From: a virus
DNA: 60,348 nt
UHGV virus genome: UHGV-0030339
Reading direction: 5' to 3' (one strand)
The translations under genes were made by a program, and so were the position numbers. Below are positions 28,094 through 37,313 of this stretch, in pieces. Position 1 is the first letter of the stretch. Every line of letters begins with the position of its first letter. Below the pieces are notes generated by a model that ran no database searches, was not told the DNA's origin, and saw only the letters and a list, made by a program, of their open reading frames with translations.

Positions 28094-28432
28094 TCAATTT
28101 CCTGTATTCAGCATACCATTATTCTCTGAATTAAGCAACATTAAATTGTCTAGCAAATACACCAGGTCCGTCCCATACAGGCTGATCCAGTCCGCCATAT
28201 ATTCTTCTTGTTCAATAGGCATATGGATATTGTAGGAAAAGCAAAAACAATGGCATAATTCATGTGACAATACTTTGCGCAGGAATACCCCTCTAAGACG
28301 TTTGTTTAGGTAAATGGTTTTGTTGTTCCAATCGGTCACTCCAACGGTTTCTGAGCCGTCTGAGCGCATCAGAAAGGTACTTCCGCTAGGTACTCTGCTT
28401 ATGGTCCATTGTATCCCGTTGATTTCAAACAT
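28094..28432 (-). CDS. ImmA/IrrE-like zinc metallopeptidase (short)
   Basis: HEXXH motif VLSHELCHC. Confidence 0.5.
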   Translation of the reverse strand: MFEINGIQWTISRVPSGSTFLMRSDGSETVGVTDWNNKTIYLNKRLRGVFLRKVLSHELCHCFCFSYNIHMPIEQEEYMADWISLYGTDLVYLLDNLMLLNSENNGMLNTGN

Positions 28433-28492
28433 AATTTGCCCCTTTCAAAAAGAACTACCGTCTGAATATCAGACGATAGTTCATCTTCATCA

Positions 28493-29137
28493 CTATAGTT
28501 TGGTAGCCAGTGCAGAAATCTTAGATTTAAGCATGGTTCTTTCTTCTGGTGTCATATCAGACAGCAGTCCTGTGATGTCAGAAGAAATTTCTTTGAAATA
28601 ATCTTCCAAGCCTCTCATTTTGGCTTCTTTGTCCTGCGGAGTATTAGCTCTATGCAGTTCCTTTGTTTCGGTGTAATTGCGCTTTGCTCTATCGTAGTTA
28701 CTTTCATTCATGGTCATAGTTGGCTCAGTGTAATACATCCGTCCGGTATTTCTGTCCATGTCCCGGTATTCCTGCATGTCTTTGTACATTTCCGGAGTCA
28801 TTCTCCAATATGGTCCCTCATATCCTCTGCGATAAGAACCTCTGCCTTTTGGAGCAAATCTTCCGTCAGAATAGCGGTAATGATCGTAATACCGTCTTTC
28901 TGGATAATCTTCATATTGTTCCAGCATTTCCATAATATCATCGTTTTCTTCTGCTTTTTTCATTGCCTCTACGATTTTAAAATCTTTATCAAAGCAAGCA
29001 ATGTTCTTAGCAATTTCTGTCCAATCTTTCAAATCATCCAAATTTTGTCCTTCAAAATTCTCAATTCCGATTGATTCCGCTTTTACCTTAACACATTCCA
29101 GGATTTTTTTTGCCCATTCATGCATACATTCCACCAC
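28493..29137 (-). CDS. hypothetical R/Y/D/M-rich protein
   Basis: 214-aa ORF. Confidence 0.4.
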   Translation of the reverse strand: MVECMHEWAKKILECVKVKAESIGIENFEGQNLDDLKDWTEIAKNIACFDKDFKIVEAMKKAEENDDIMEMLEQYEDYPERRYYDHYRYSDGRFAPKGRGSYRRGYEGPYWRMTPEMYKDMQEYRDMDRNTGRMYYTEPTMTMNESNYDRAKRNYTETKELHRANTPQDKEAKMRGLEDYFKEISSDITGLLSDMTPEERTMLKSKISALATKL

Positions 29138-29141
29138 CCTT

Positions 29142-29579
29142 TCACGCTTCTCTGGTAACTACAAGGTTAGCGTTAGCCACTTCAATAGCCTGTGTGCTGG
29201 TATTTTCAACCGCAATATTCGCACAGCAGCCTGCCGGAACATCAATATAGATTCCGGCGGACACGTTGTTATACTGTGATACTGCTGCCGGAGTGGAGCG
29301 CATCTGAGAAGAAAGTATAGGTTCTCCGCTGACTGCGATTGCTAGAGAAATTTCTCCTGCTGTACCTCCTGCTGGAACAGCAATATTTGCAGAAAAATCT
29401 ACAAAGTATCTTGCTCTGCACTGATTAGTCAGTCCACGAAGCGTGATAATGCCGGATCCTTCCCGGTGTTTAATGCAATTCCCGCCTTTAACAGCGGTGC
29501 TTGTAAAGACTACGTTCCCATTCTGCGCTACTTCTTGAGCAGCTACAGCCACAAATTCAGCCATAATATTTACCTCCAT
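29142..29579 (-). CDS. hypothetical Ala/Val/Gly-rich protein
   Basis: 145-aa ORF. Confidence 0.4.
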   Translation of the reverse strand: MEVNIMAEFVAVAAQEVAQNGNVVFTSTAVKGGNCIKHREGSGIITLRGLTNQCRARYFVDFSANIAVPAGGTAGEISLAIAVSGEPILSSQMRSTPAAVSQYNNVSAGIYIDVPAGCCANIAVENTSTQAIEVANANLVVTREA

Positions 29580-29691
29580 AAATGATAAGGGCAGACCGTT
29601 AAGCCTGCCCTGTGTAATTCTGCTATGCAGACATAACCTGTTTGGTTAAGTTACGATTATTCCGTTGTAACCGTATGTGATTCCATACGGT

Positions 29692-30471
29692 TTAGCAACC
29701 GCAGCCTGTATTGCAGCCACAGCCATATGCATAAGCGTTCGGATTCGGAACAACGTATGCCGGAACTGCTGCCGGATTAACCGCGTTGATAATCTGCTGT
29801 GTCTGATTAGCCATCTGAGTTGTGAGCAATGCGCTCTGACGATCCTGAGAAGCTGCCCGACGAAGATCGTTGTTTTCTGCTTGCAGAGAAGAAATCTTCT
29901 CATTGCACAGATAATCAAGAATAGCACGGGTTCCAGCATTCTGGCTATCAATAATATCTCTGGTATTGTTGTTCATTGTATTCTGCAATGCGCAGGTATT
30001 CTGTGCCATGTTGTAGTTTACGCCCTGGATTGCTTCCCGGGTTTCGCAGCAACATGAAGCATTTTGAGCTGCCATATTAGCAAGTGTAGACTGAATAGCA
30101 TTTGTATTCTGCATGCCCGCTACTGTATCAGCGTTGATAGCCTGCTGGATTCCAAATCCAGTCTGCATGATGTTTGTGTTGATTCCGTTCATTCCGGTTT
30201 GGACTGCGTAGAATCCATCACACAAACCGTTGGTGATTCCGTCCAGTTTACTGATAACCGCCTGATTATCAAATCCACGCTGGATTGCAGAATCCGTATA
30301 ATAGCTAGAGTTGGAGCCGTTTCCTCCCCAGCCTCCATTGCCCCATCCTCCGAATACGAAAAACAGAACAAACAGGATAATCCACCATCCATTGCCATCT
30401 CCAAAGCCATCTCCTCCGTTGCCATAAGCAGGAGTTACCGGCATTGTAAAAGGTGTGTTTGAGTTAAACAT
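29692..30471 (-). CDS. Gly-rich membrane protein with Q/N-rich region and C-terminal CGCNTGCGC
   Basis: one TM (WWIILFVLFFVFGGW), low-complexity composition. Confidence 0.4.
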   Translation of the reverse strand: MFNSNTPFTMPVTPAYGNGGDGFGDGNGWWIILFVLFFVFGGWGNGGWGGNGSNSSYYTDSAIQRGFDNQAVISKLDGITNGLCDGFYAVQTGMNGINTNIMQTGFGIQQAINADTVAGMQNTNAIQSTLANMAAQNASCCCETREAIQGVNYNMAQNTCALQNTMNNNTRDIIDSQNAGTRAILDYLCNEKISSLQAENNDLRRAASQDRQSALLTTQMANQTQQIINAVNPAAVPAYVVPNPNAYAYGCGCNTGCGC

Positions 30472-30653
30472 GATTTTACCTCCTGAAATTGATATATACT
30501 TAATTCTTGCAAGAAATTAGTATCTTTTTTATAAAACTTGTTGTATAATGTTTATGTACGGATAGGGTAGCTCCCGAAAGCTGTTTGTCCTAACAGTTTC
30601 CGTACATTAAACTTATATAGGACATTTACACTGAAAGGACAGGTGTTATTTTT

Positions 30654-31469
30654 ATGCTCAAATACAAAATTGAGGATTATGTTGGTCAAAAATATGGTCA
30701 CCTAAAAGTTTTAGGAAAATCTGTCGATTCCAATATTCCTAACTGTTTCTTATTCCTGTGCGACTGCGGAAGAGAAATTTCTCTCGCTCCCGATCTAGTT
30801 ATTAAAGGTCACCAGAAATCTTGCGGAAAATGTTTGTTTTCTAACGAATCTCCATCAAGAATAAATCCAGAAGATTATATTGGAAAAAGAAACAATCTTT
30901 TAACTGTTGTTTCCACGCACAAAGAATCAAAAGGAAGAACAAAGCTCATTTGCCTATGTGATTGTGGTAAAACTACAGAAGTTTTGTCATATCAGTTCAA
31001 AAAAGGATCTATAAAAAGTTGCGGTTGCTTGCTCAAAAACAGTCCAAACTACTTGGACGGAAGAAGCACCAACGAACTTTATGGACTTTGGAAAAACATG
31101 CTTGGAAGATGTGAAAATCCAAATCACCCTAAATTTTACCGGTATGGTGCTAGAGGAATCAAAGTGTGCAATGAATGGCATAATTTTTGGAGTTTTGTTT
31201 CGTGGTCTATTTCTGTCGGAGGAAGACCAAACGGTTTTTCCTTAGACCGAATAAACAATGATAAAAATTACTGTCCAGAAAATTGCAGATGGGCTGATTC
31301 CAAAATTCAATCTACAAACAAGTCAACAAACAGAATCATTGAATATAACGGAGTTTCAAAGACTCTTCATGAATGGGCCACAGAAATCGGAATAAGCGAT
31401 CAATCTTTATCCAAACGCCTGCAAAAAAATTGGCCATCAGAAAAAGTTTTTGCTCCAAAGTCCAAATAG
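30654..31469 (+). CDS. HNH endonuclease (HNH_3/AP2-type) with duplicated Cys-rich N-terminal repeats
   Basis: FSLDRINNDKNYCPENCRWADSKIQSTNK motif; only large + strand gene in this block. Confidence 0.6.
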   Translation: MLKYKIEDYVGQKYGHLKVLGKSVDSNIPNCFLFLCDCGREISLAPDLVIKGHQKSCGKCLFSNESPSRINPEDYIGKRNNLLTVVSTHKESKGRTKLICLCDCGKTTEVLSYQFKKGSIKSCGCLLKNSPNYLDGRSTNELYGLWKNMLGRCENPNHPKFYRYGARGIKVCNEWHNFWSFVSWSISVGGRPNGFSLDRINNDKNYCPENCRWADSKIQSTNKSTNRIIEYNGVSKTLHEWATEIGISDQSLSKRLQKNWPSEKVFAPKSK

Positions 31470-31700
31470 TTATTTTATGGGGAATTGGTTTTTAAATTCA
31501 GCAAATGCTTTATCAAAATCAATTCCCTTTTCTTTTGCAATGTTTCTTCCAAATTTCTCTATTCCTTGTATATCTCCTCTTTGAGCCATATTCATTATAT
31601 TTCTTACCATTGGATTGCTCATGATCTGGTTATTCCCCATTATGTTTTGCATAAACTGCTGCGGATTTTGAAACATCTGCATTAAATTCATCGGATTCAT
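31470..31700 (-). CDS. hypothetical M/N/Q-rich small protein
   Basis: 76-aa ORF. Confidence 0.35.
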   Translation of the reverse strand: MNPMNLMQMFQNPQQFMQNIMGNNQIMSNPMVRNIMNMAQRGDIQGIEKFGRNIAKEKGIDFDKAFAEFKNQFPIK

Positions 31701-32218
31701 TCAGATTCACCATCCTTTTTCACTGTAGCAGTTCTTCCTTTTGTTCCTGGTCTGGCTATTGAAAGTTCCAACCGGTCAATCTTTTCGGAAAGCTCGTTGA
31801 AATGTCTCTCAAATACCTCTGTGACGTTCTGTGCGAGTCCAGAAGCCATTTTATCTGTATCAGCTTGTACTTCTTTAGGTGCATTTGGTTGAACCGGTTT
31901 ATAGGTCAATGTGCGTATCGTACCATCAGCGCACCAGCTTTTAACATAGATTTCTGATAAGTCCTGTTTTGGGAAGAAAGCTGCCGAACCATCCATCGGG
32001 ACGCAATCAGCTGTCACGTTTTCGATTGCCTGCACTACCATTCCGTTAAGTCCCCTTGGCATCTGTTGCACCTGTGGAGTCTGCTGCTGCACCTGTTGTA
32101 CCGGAACTTCCGGCTGCTGAAATCTCGGCTGCATATACGGAATGTAAGAATTTACACCGTACTGCTGCTGGCCATACGGCATCTGAGGATACATATTATT
32201 CTGATACGGAACCGGCAT
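31697..32218 (-). CDS. hypothetical Q/P-rich protein
   Basis: 173-aa ORF. Confidence 0.4.
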   Translation of the reverse strand: MPVPYQNNMYPQMPYGQQQYGVNSYIPYMQPRFQQPEVPVQQVQQQTPQVQQMPRGLNGMVVQAIENVTADCVPMDGSAAFFPKQDLSEIYVKSWCADGTIRTLTYKPVQPNAPKEVQADTDKMASGLAQNVTEVFERHFNELSEKIDRLELSIARPGTKGRTATVKKDGESE

Positions 32219-32374
32219 CTTCCTTTACCTCCTCTAAAACTTCCTCTATTGCATGAATTACGGCAGACTGAGTTTGCAAATCAAGCCTCTGCAATTCCTC
32301 TCTGGCAAAAATCTTTTCTAAAACTTCATCCGAAAACATATCTTATCCTCCTTCTACTTAAATTTTCGCATAAA

Positions 32375-32398
32375 AAAAGACGGTTAAACCGTCAAAAT
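32375..32398 (-). terminator. intrinsic terminator downstream of the integrase
   Basis: minus-strand gacggtt-taa-aaccgtc followed by T7. Confidence 0.55.
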
Positions 32399-32509
32399 GT
32401 CGCACATTATTAGTAAATTATCAGTAAAAATAGAATAAATTCCTAGCCATTTCTGTTTTTCGTCTTACCCACACTCACGGGAGCAACAGTAGGTAAGTTG
32501 AAAAGTCTA

Positions 32510-33859
32510 TTAAAAAGTAACGAAACGAATTTCTATATCGTTTCCGCTAATAACAATTCTTTCAATACATTCTTTCAAAACTCGGTTTTTCTCCTTAACA
32601 GAAAGCGTGTCCCAAACATCCGAAACATGCTTAATCTCTTGGATTTTTTGGGTATTATCTGGTTCCTTTCTATCATTTTCAGTTAAAAGTTGTTTGTTCA
32701 GTTTTTCAATTTTCTTTTCCGTCTCCTTGATGACGTCCATCAAGTTTTTACTTGGATTATCTGCATAAAGTACATATAAACGTTTGACATGCTCATTTTC
32801 TTTTCTAATTGCTACTTTGAGCTTTGCAACCGGATCATCTTTCGGTCCACTATTCGCTTTAACATTGATAGCAAACTTTTTAAAGCAGTCTTCCACATCT
32901 GCTTCTATAATCTCTGCATATGCTTTAATGTTAGTGCAGTTTTTATCCCGAATCATGTAACTCTTGCCACTGTATTGCGAGTAGCAAATAATGCGTGGCT
33001 TTATTCCGTCCCATTTATGATATCTCATCCTAGCACCACATATTCCACAGTAACACAGTCCACTTAACAAATAACCATTTGACACATGAGCATTTGTTGA
33101 ACGCTTTTTTTGCATATCTTGAACCAAGTAAAAAGTTTCTTCGTCAATGATAGGTTCATGCTTGCCTTTATAGACATTGCCTTTGTATTCAATTAATCCA
33201 ATGTATGTTTTACGCTTAAGCGCATTTTTCACAACATTTTCACAGCTAAATCCAAGAATATTAGCAATTTTATCACATGAGTATCCTTTCAGGTAAAGTC
33301 TAAATGCATCACGAACCAGAGCTGCCTTATCAGTATTGACATGGAGTATTCCGTCATTTCTATCGTAATAATACCCAACAGGAATATTTCCACCACCAGG
33401 CCAAAGACCGTTTTTTACACGTTCAACCATTCCTGAAGACATCCTCATTCGGATGACTTCCCTCTCATACTGGTTCATTGCTGCGTTCATAGTCAGCATC
33501 ATTCTATCCATTGGATTTTCTGTCCGCAACTCTTCTGTCATGGACACAACCTTTACTCCATATCCAGGAAGTGTTTTGTAGAACAAAGTCAGTGTATCAA
33601 TAACATCACGACTCATACGATCCAATTTATAGATGTACACCGTATCTATGATTCCACTTTTTGCATGTTCAAGCAACTCCTGTATCTCCGGTCTATCAAG
33701 TTTACTTCCACTATACCCCCCGTCTATGTACCATTTGTCAATAGTAATACCATGTTTTTCACAGTAATCCATGATTTTTTGTTTCTGCATATCCAAGCCG
33801 TATTTTTCAGTCTGTGTCTCTGTTGATACTCTCAAATATGCCACTTGCAATTTGCTCAT
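32510..33859 (-). CDS. large serine recombinase (phage integrase)
   Basis: N-terminal YLRVSTETQ...DRMSRD resolvase catalytic domain plus zinc-ribbon/coiled-coil C-terminus; 449 aa. Confidence 0.85.
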   Translation of the reverse strand: MSKLQVAYLRVSTETQTEKYGLDMQKQKIMDYCEKHGITIDKWYIDGGYSGSKLDRPEIQELLEHAKSGIIDTVYIYKLDRMSRDVIDTLTLFYKTLPGYGVKVVSMTEELRTENPMDRMMLTMNAAMNQYEREVIRMRMSSGMVERVKNGLWPGGGNIPVGYYYDRNDGILHVNTDKAALVRDAFRLYLKGYSCDKIANILGFSCENVVKNALKRKTYIGLIEYKGNVYKGKHEPIIDEETFYLVQDMQKKRSTNAHVSNGYLLSGLCYCGICGARMRYHKWDGIKPRIICYSQYSGKSYMIRDKNCTNIKAYAEIIEADVEDCFKKFAINVKANSGPKDDPVAKLKVAIRKENEHVKRLYVLYADNPSKNLMDVIKETEKKIEKLNKQLLTENDRKEPDNTQKIQEIKHVSDVWDTLSVKEKNRVLKECIERIVISGNDIEIRFVTF

Positions 33860-33873
33860 ATGCCATCCTCCTA

Positions 33874-33904
33874 AAAGAAAATGGCTAGGTTTTTATTCTA
33901 GCCA
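33874..33904 (-). terminator. intrinsic terminator between the sigma-like gene and the integrase
   Basis: minus-strand atggctag-aataaaaac-ctagccat plus T-rich tract. Confidence 0.5.
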
Positions 33905-33916
33905 TAGTCTACAACA

Positions 33917-34252
33917 TCACTTTGTCTTAGTCAATTTCTCAGCAAGCATTTTTTTAACACTTTCTATTTGAATTTCATTATTTTTCAGATCTTCCTTTGT
34001 AACTCGCTGCCCATTAACATAAATTGTAGTCATGTTTTCAAACACCTCCAAAAAATCCATTATTTTTCTGAAAATAATTTTCTTCTTTTTGGTTATGCTA
34101 GAAAGTGACAAATTTAGCTTTTCTGCCATTTGAATATCACTAGCACCAGCACTTGCCATTTTTAATAATATGATTTCAGGTCGTGAAAAATTACAGTTAT
34201 CCAATAAAAAATCAACTTCTGGCTTACTCAGTTTATTAAATCCTAACCGCAT
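33917..34252 (-). CDS. sigma-70 region-4-like HTH regulator
   Basis: 111 aa, HTH-like ...IQMAEKLNLSLSSITKKKK. Confidence 0.4.
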   Translation of the reverse strand: MRLGFNKLSKPEVDFLLDNCNFSRPEIILLKMASAGASDIQMAEKLNLSLSSITKKKKIIFRKIMDFLEVFENMTTIYVNGQRVTKEDLKNNEIQIESVKKMLAEKLTKTK

Positions 34253-34264
34253 AAGCCCTCCAAT

Positions 34265-34921
34265 TTAATTTCTAAAAATCAATTGGTTACTCTCTTTCCA
34301 AAATTTATTCTGAGGAAATTTCTCTGGATGTGTTTTTCTGAGTTTTATAGCATCATCGTGGCATTTTTGTATGCATGCGGCACACACTTTCTTTACGGAT
34401 CCATCTTCAAGCGGTGATCCGCAGTATCGGCAAAGATAATTTTTTTCTTTATATTCCATTTTAGGGATGACATTCGGAGGAAGTCTGTGCTTTTCCGCAT
34501 CTATTTCTAGGCACAGCTTGCATTTCTTTCTTCCGGGAGCAGCCTTACGTTTTCCGCATCTTGTACAAATGCCTCGTTCGCTTCTTTCTCTGTATACACT
34601 GCGACCATAATCTCTCATATCTGCTTTCTGTTCATCTGTTAAAGGTTCCTTGCTTTTCTGCTTATATTCATACTGCTTCTGTCTGCAAGTAATACACATT
34701 TTTTCAGTTCCGAAAAGGCGTTCCTTTCCGCACTCTGGGCAAATATGGTGTGCGCGCCAAAACGCCCTATTGTCTCTTAAATATTCATTACGCTTCGCTA
34801 AACACGCTGTACAGTAATAACCTTGTCTATCCATTTCTTTACCACACGTAGGGCATTTTCCTTCGCTTATCCTTCTGCGGCGCGTATATTCAATCCTTGT
34901 CTTCTTTTGAGTTGTTGTCAT
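34265..34921 (-). CDS. multi-zinc-ribbon protein
   Basis: 6-7 CxxC pairs in repeated modules. Confidence 0.5.
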   Translation of the reverse strand: MTTTQKKTRIEYTRRRRISEGKCPTCGKEMDRQGYYCTACLAKRNEYLRDNRAFWRAHHICPECGKERLFGTEKMCITCRQKQYEYKQKSKEPLTDEQKADMRDYGRSVYRERSERGICTRCGKRKAAPGRKKCKLCLEIDAEKHRLPPNVIPKMEYKEKNYLCRYCGSPLEDGSVKKVCAACIQKCHDDAIKLRKTHPEKFPQNKFWKESNQLIFRN

Positions 34922-34980
34922 AATTCATGGAGTAAAGTGCACTTTGTTGTCCGGACAAACCTCTTTACCTCCAATTCATA

Positions 34981-35649
34981 TTATCTCAGTCCAAATGCTT
35001 TTAATTTCTCCATAGCATTATCAGGAATGCCATGTAACCTTCCAGAAGCTTTATTTTTCTGCTTTTCTTCTTCTCTCGTATTTTCTATCAATTTGGTATC
35101 CGAAGTCTCTAACCTTCCTGCTAATGCGTTCTGGTTAAGATTTTCAACTAATGTCCTAATTTTTTCAGGAAGTTTATTAAGTTCCTTTCTTCTATCCATA
35201 ACCACACGATATGACCGCATAAAATTGCTACTGGCAACACTCTCATTAAAAGTTTCGTCCATAGCCCATATTTTGAGTTGTTCTGGCCTGCCAACTGCCT
35301 TTTGAACTGATGTGGGAAGTTTTTGGAACTCTCCAACACTATTATATGTACTATTCCTCAATGCCTTACTTACTAAAGTCCAGGCTTCCAACTCATTCAT
35401 TTCTTGTGGAGAAGTTAGCAGCATGATCTTCTCCACAATTTGACCAGGTGAAGGAGCAAAACCACTGGAATTTGTACGCATGTATACAGCAAATGCTCTC
35501 TGAACATCATCCCATTGACAATCGCTCAAAGCCATTCTCCAGGCATTAACAGCTGCTGTCTTGTCAGGTGGGTTGAAATTCGGATATGTTGCCTGTATCA
35601 TTGCAAGCAAGTTCTGTGTTTCTTCTCTCGTCATTATGACTGCCTCCAT
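34981..35649 (-). CDS. helicase loader (SPP1 G39P-like)
   Basis: AMIQATYPNFNPPDKTAAVNAWRMALSDC resembles G39P N-terminus; follows the replisome organizer. Confidence 0.5.
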   Translation of the reverse strand: MEAVIMTREETQNLLAMIQATYPNFNPPDKTAAVNAWRMALSDCQWDDVQRAFAVYMRTNSSGFAPSPGQIVEKIMLLTSPQEMNELEAWTLVSKALRNSTYNSVGEFQKLPTSVQKAVGRPEQLKIWAMDETFNESVASSNFMRSYRVVMDRRKELNKLPEKIRTLVENLNQNALAGRLETSDTKLIENTREEEKQKNKASGRLHGIPDNAMEKLKAFGLR

Positions 35650-36269
35650 TCATCTATAAGATTTCTATCTGTATGAGCTTCTGGCTGCTTCCGCAGTCTT
35701 TCCCACGTTCTAACAGCAGCTTTCCAGTCTTTCATTTTGTTTTTGCCTATCATCCAGCCTTTAGAACTGTAAAAATTTACAAAAGATTGAGCATCAATTC
35801 CATTTTGCCTTTGCTCACAGTAAGTCTGGACCTCATCCGCTGTTGGTGGAACAAAAATCTGTCTTTTGGGTTCAGGCTTTTTCTCTGCGTTAGGTGGTTC
35901 ATCTGGTGGTTCGTTAGGTGGTTCACTCAGATTTTCGGTAATCTGAAATTTATTGTAATTTACTACGTTTATCAGCGTTCCTCTGTTGGTTCGCTCTGTT
36001 GTCACCATTTGTTCATTCTCCAACAGTTTAAGGAAGCGTTTAACTTTGTTCCTGGACCATGACCAGCGGGCACTTAGCTTCTCTATACTGAACATATAGG
36101 AGCCTTTTGGGACTATGGTAGTCTTGCCGTCTATCAACATTTTTACATCCTTATGAGAAGCTGAAAGCAATATATCTATCCAAGCTGATCTTCTATCAAA
36201 TGCTTCCCTGCTGTTCCAAATAGAACAGTCAAATATTTGTCTATGTAGCTTTATCCAGCCTTTTTCCAT
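35634..36269 (-). CDS. phage replisome organizer (origin-binding, N-terminal domain)
   Basis: MEKGWIKLHRQIFDCSIWN... ; internal GGTGGTTC(A) direct repeats at ~35884-35925 encoding EPPNEPPDEPPN. Confidence 0.6.
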   Translation of the reverse strand: MEKGWIKLHRQIFDCSIWNSREAFDRRSAWIDILLSASHKDVKMLIDGKTTIVPKGSYMFSIEKLSARWSWSRNKVKRFLKLLENEQMVTTERTNRGTLINVVNYNKFQITENLSEPPNEPPDEPPNAEKKPEPKRQIFVPPTADEVQTYCEQRQNGIDAQSFVNFYSSKGWMIGKNKMKDWKAAVRTWERLRKQPEAHTDRNLIDEWRQS

Positions 36270-36284
36270 AATCCCACTCCACTA

Positions 36285-36632
36285 TCATTCAATCGTTGTA
36301 AATTGTTTCAATAAGCAGTCTTCGCAAAGTTGCCTATCTTCATATTCATAAAGACGATCCACCTCTGACTTGCACTTATCACAAATTAATATTTTTTCAT
36401 GCTGCTTCGGGCAGCTATCTCCCAAACAAGGATATCCAGGAGCAGCGCACCCACAGCAATTATTTACTTCTCGAACCATTCTATCTCCTATAATCCGAAT
36501 CCGGGCACAACTCAGTATATGCATATGGTGGCATATTGGCTGACCATGTATTTGGTCTATCCTGAAGCGCAGCTGCATCACTAGCTGCTTGCACAGCTTT
36601 GAGACGTAATGCATTTGCTTTTCTCTGCGCAT
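36285..36632 (-). CDS. Cys-rich small protein
   Basis: 115-aa ORF. Confidence 0.35.
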   Translation of the reverse strand: MRREKQMHYVSKLCKQLVMQLRFRIDQIHGQPICHHMHILSCARIRIIGDRMVREVNNCCGCAAPGYPCLGDSCPKQHEKILICDKCKSEVDRLYEYEDRQLCEDCLLKQFTTIE

Positions 36633-36707
36633 CCGTGTTCTTTAATCTCATGTTTTTTATCCTCCGTTAAATTTCTCATCCTTTGAATAACATACTCAAA
36701 CGCTGGT

Positions 36708-37313
36708 TTATTCCGTTTCCACATCTTGGCCCTCTTTCAATAACTCTTGGAATTTTTCATACTGTCTTTGGGATATCTTATTATTGGATTTATCGGGTCT
36801 AATAGCGATTGTAAGGTGTTTTTCTGCAATAGACGATAATTCCCTAGCCATAGCCTTTCTGCCTTGCTGTATTCCGTCCCTATAGTTCTTAACGGGTTTA
36901 AATTCATTTATCTTTTCCTTGCCTTCACCCTGGCCACCAGCTGTTTTGTTGTAGCGACACTGATATCCTTTCTTGGTGTATTCCAAGATCCAGTATTGTT
37001 CCCATTTATCAAGTTCTGGCACTGGATAATGAATAAAATTCAGCTTCCACCCATAAGGATTATTCTCACTGTAAAATCCTCTCTTTTTAATCGAAAGATC
37101 AATATGTTGATATCCTACCAAATGTCCGCACATCCTTTGTAAAATGTGCAGTGCCTGTCCGATATAAAAGTAAAATATTCCATTTTCGTCTTCCCTAGTT
37201 AAAAAATAGATGCCACTTTCATTATCTAAAAATGGATTTATTTCTAACAGTTTTTTTGAGTTTGCTTTCTCAATTGCCTTTGCTTTCGCAATATTTCTGT
37301 AGTTTTGCATCAC
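36708..37313 (-). CDS. GIY-YIG domain protein
   Basis: GIYFLT...FYFYIGQA motif. Confidence 0.5.
   Translation of the reverse strand: MMQNYRNIAKAKAIEKANSKKLLEINPFLDNESGIYFLTREDENGIFYFYIGQALHILQRMCGHLVGYQHIDLSIKKRGFYSENNPYGWKLNFIHYPVPELDKWEQYWILEYTKKGYQCRYNKTAGGQGEGKEKINEFKPVKNYRDGIQQGRKAMARELSSIAEKHLTIAIRPDKSNNKISQRQYEKFQELLKEGQDVETE

Noticed and set aside
33874-33904. Palindrome atggctag-N9-ctagccat as a candidate attP for the serine integrase
   Set aside because: On the gene strand it is followed by a T-tract and sits right after the stop of the upstream gene, which is more simply an intrinsic terminator. A partial copy at ~32447 lacks the second arm. attP therefore remains unlocated.
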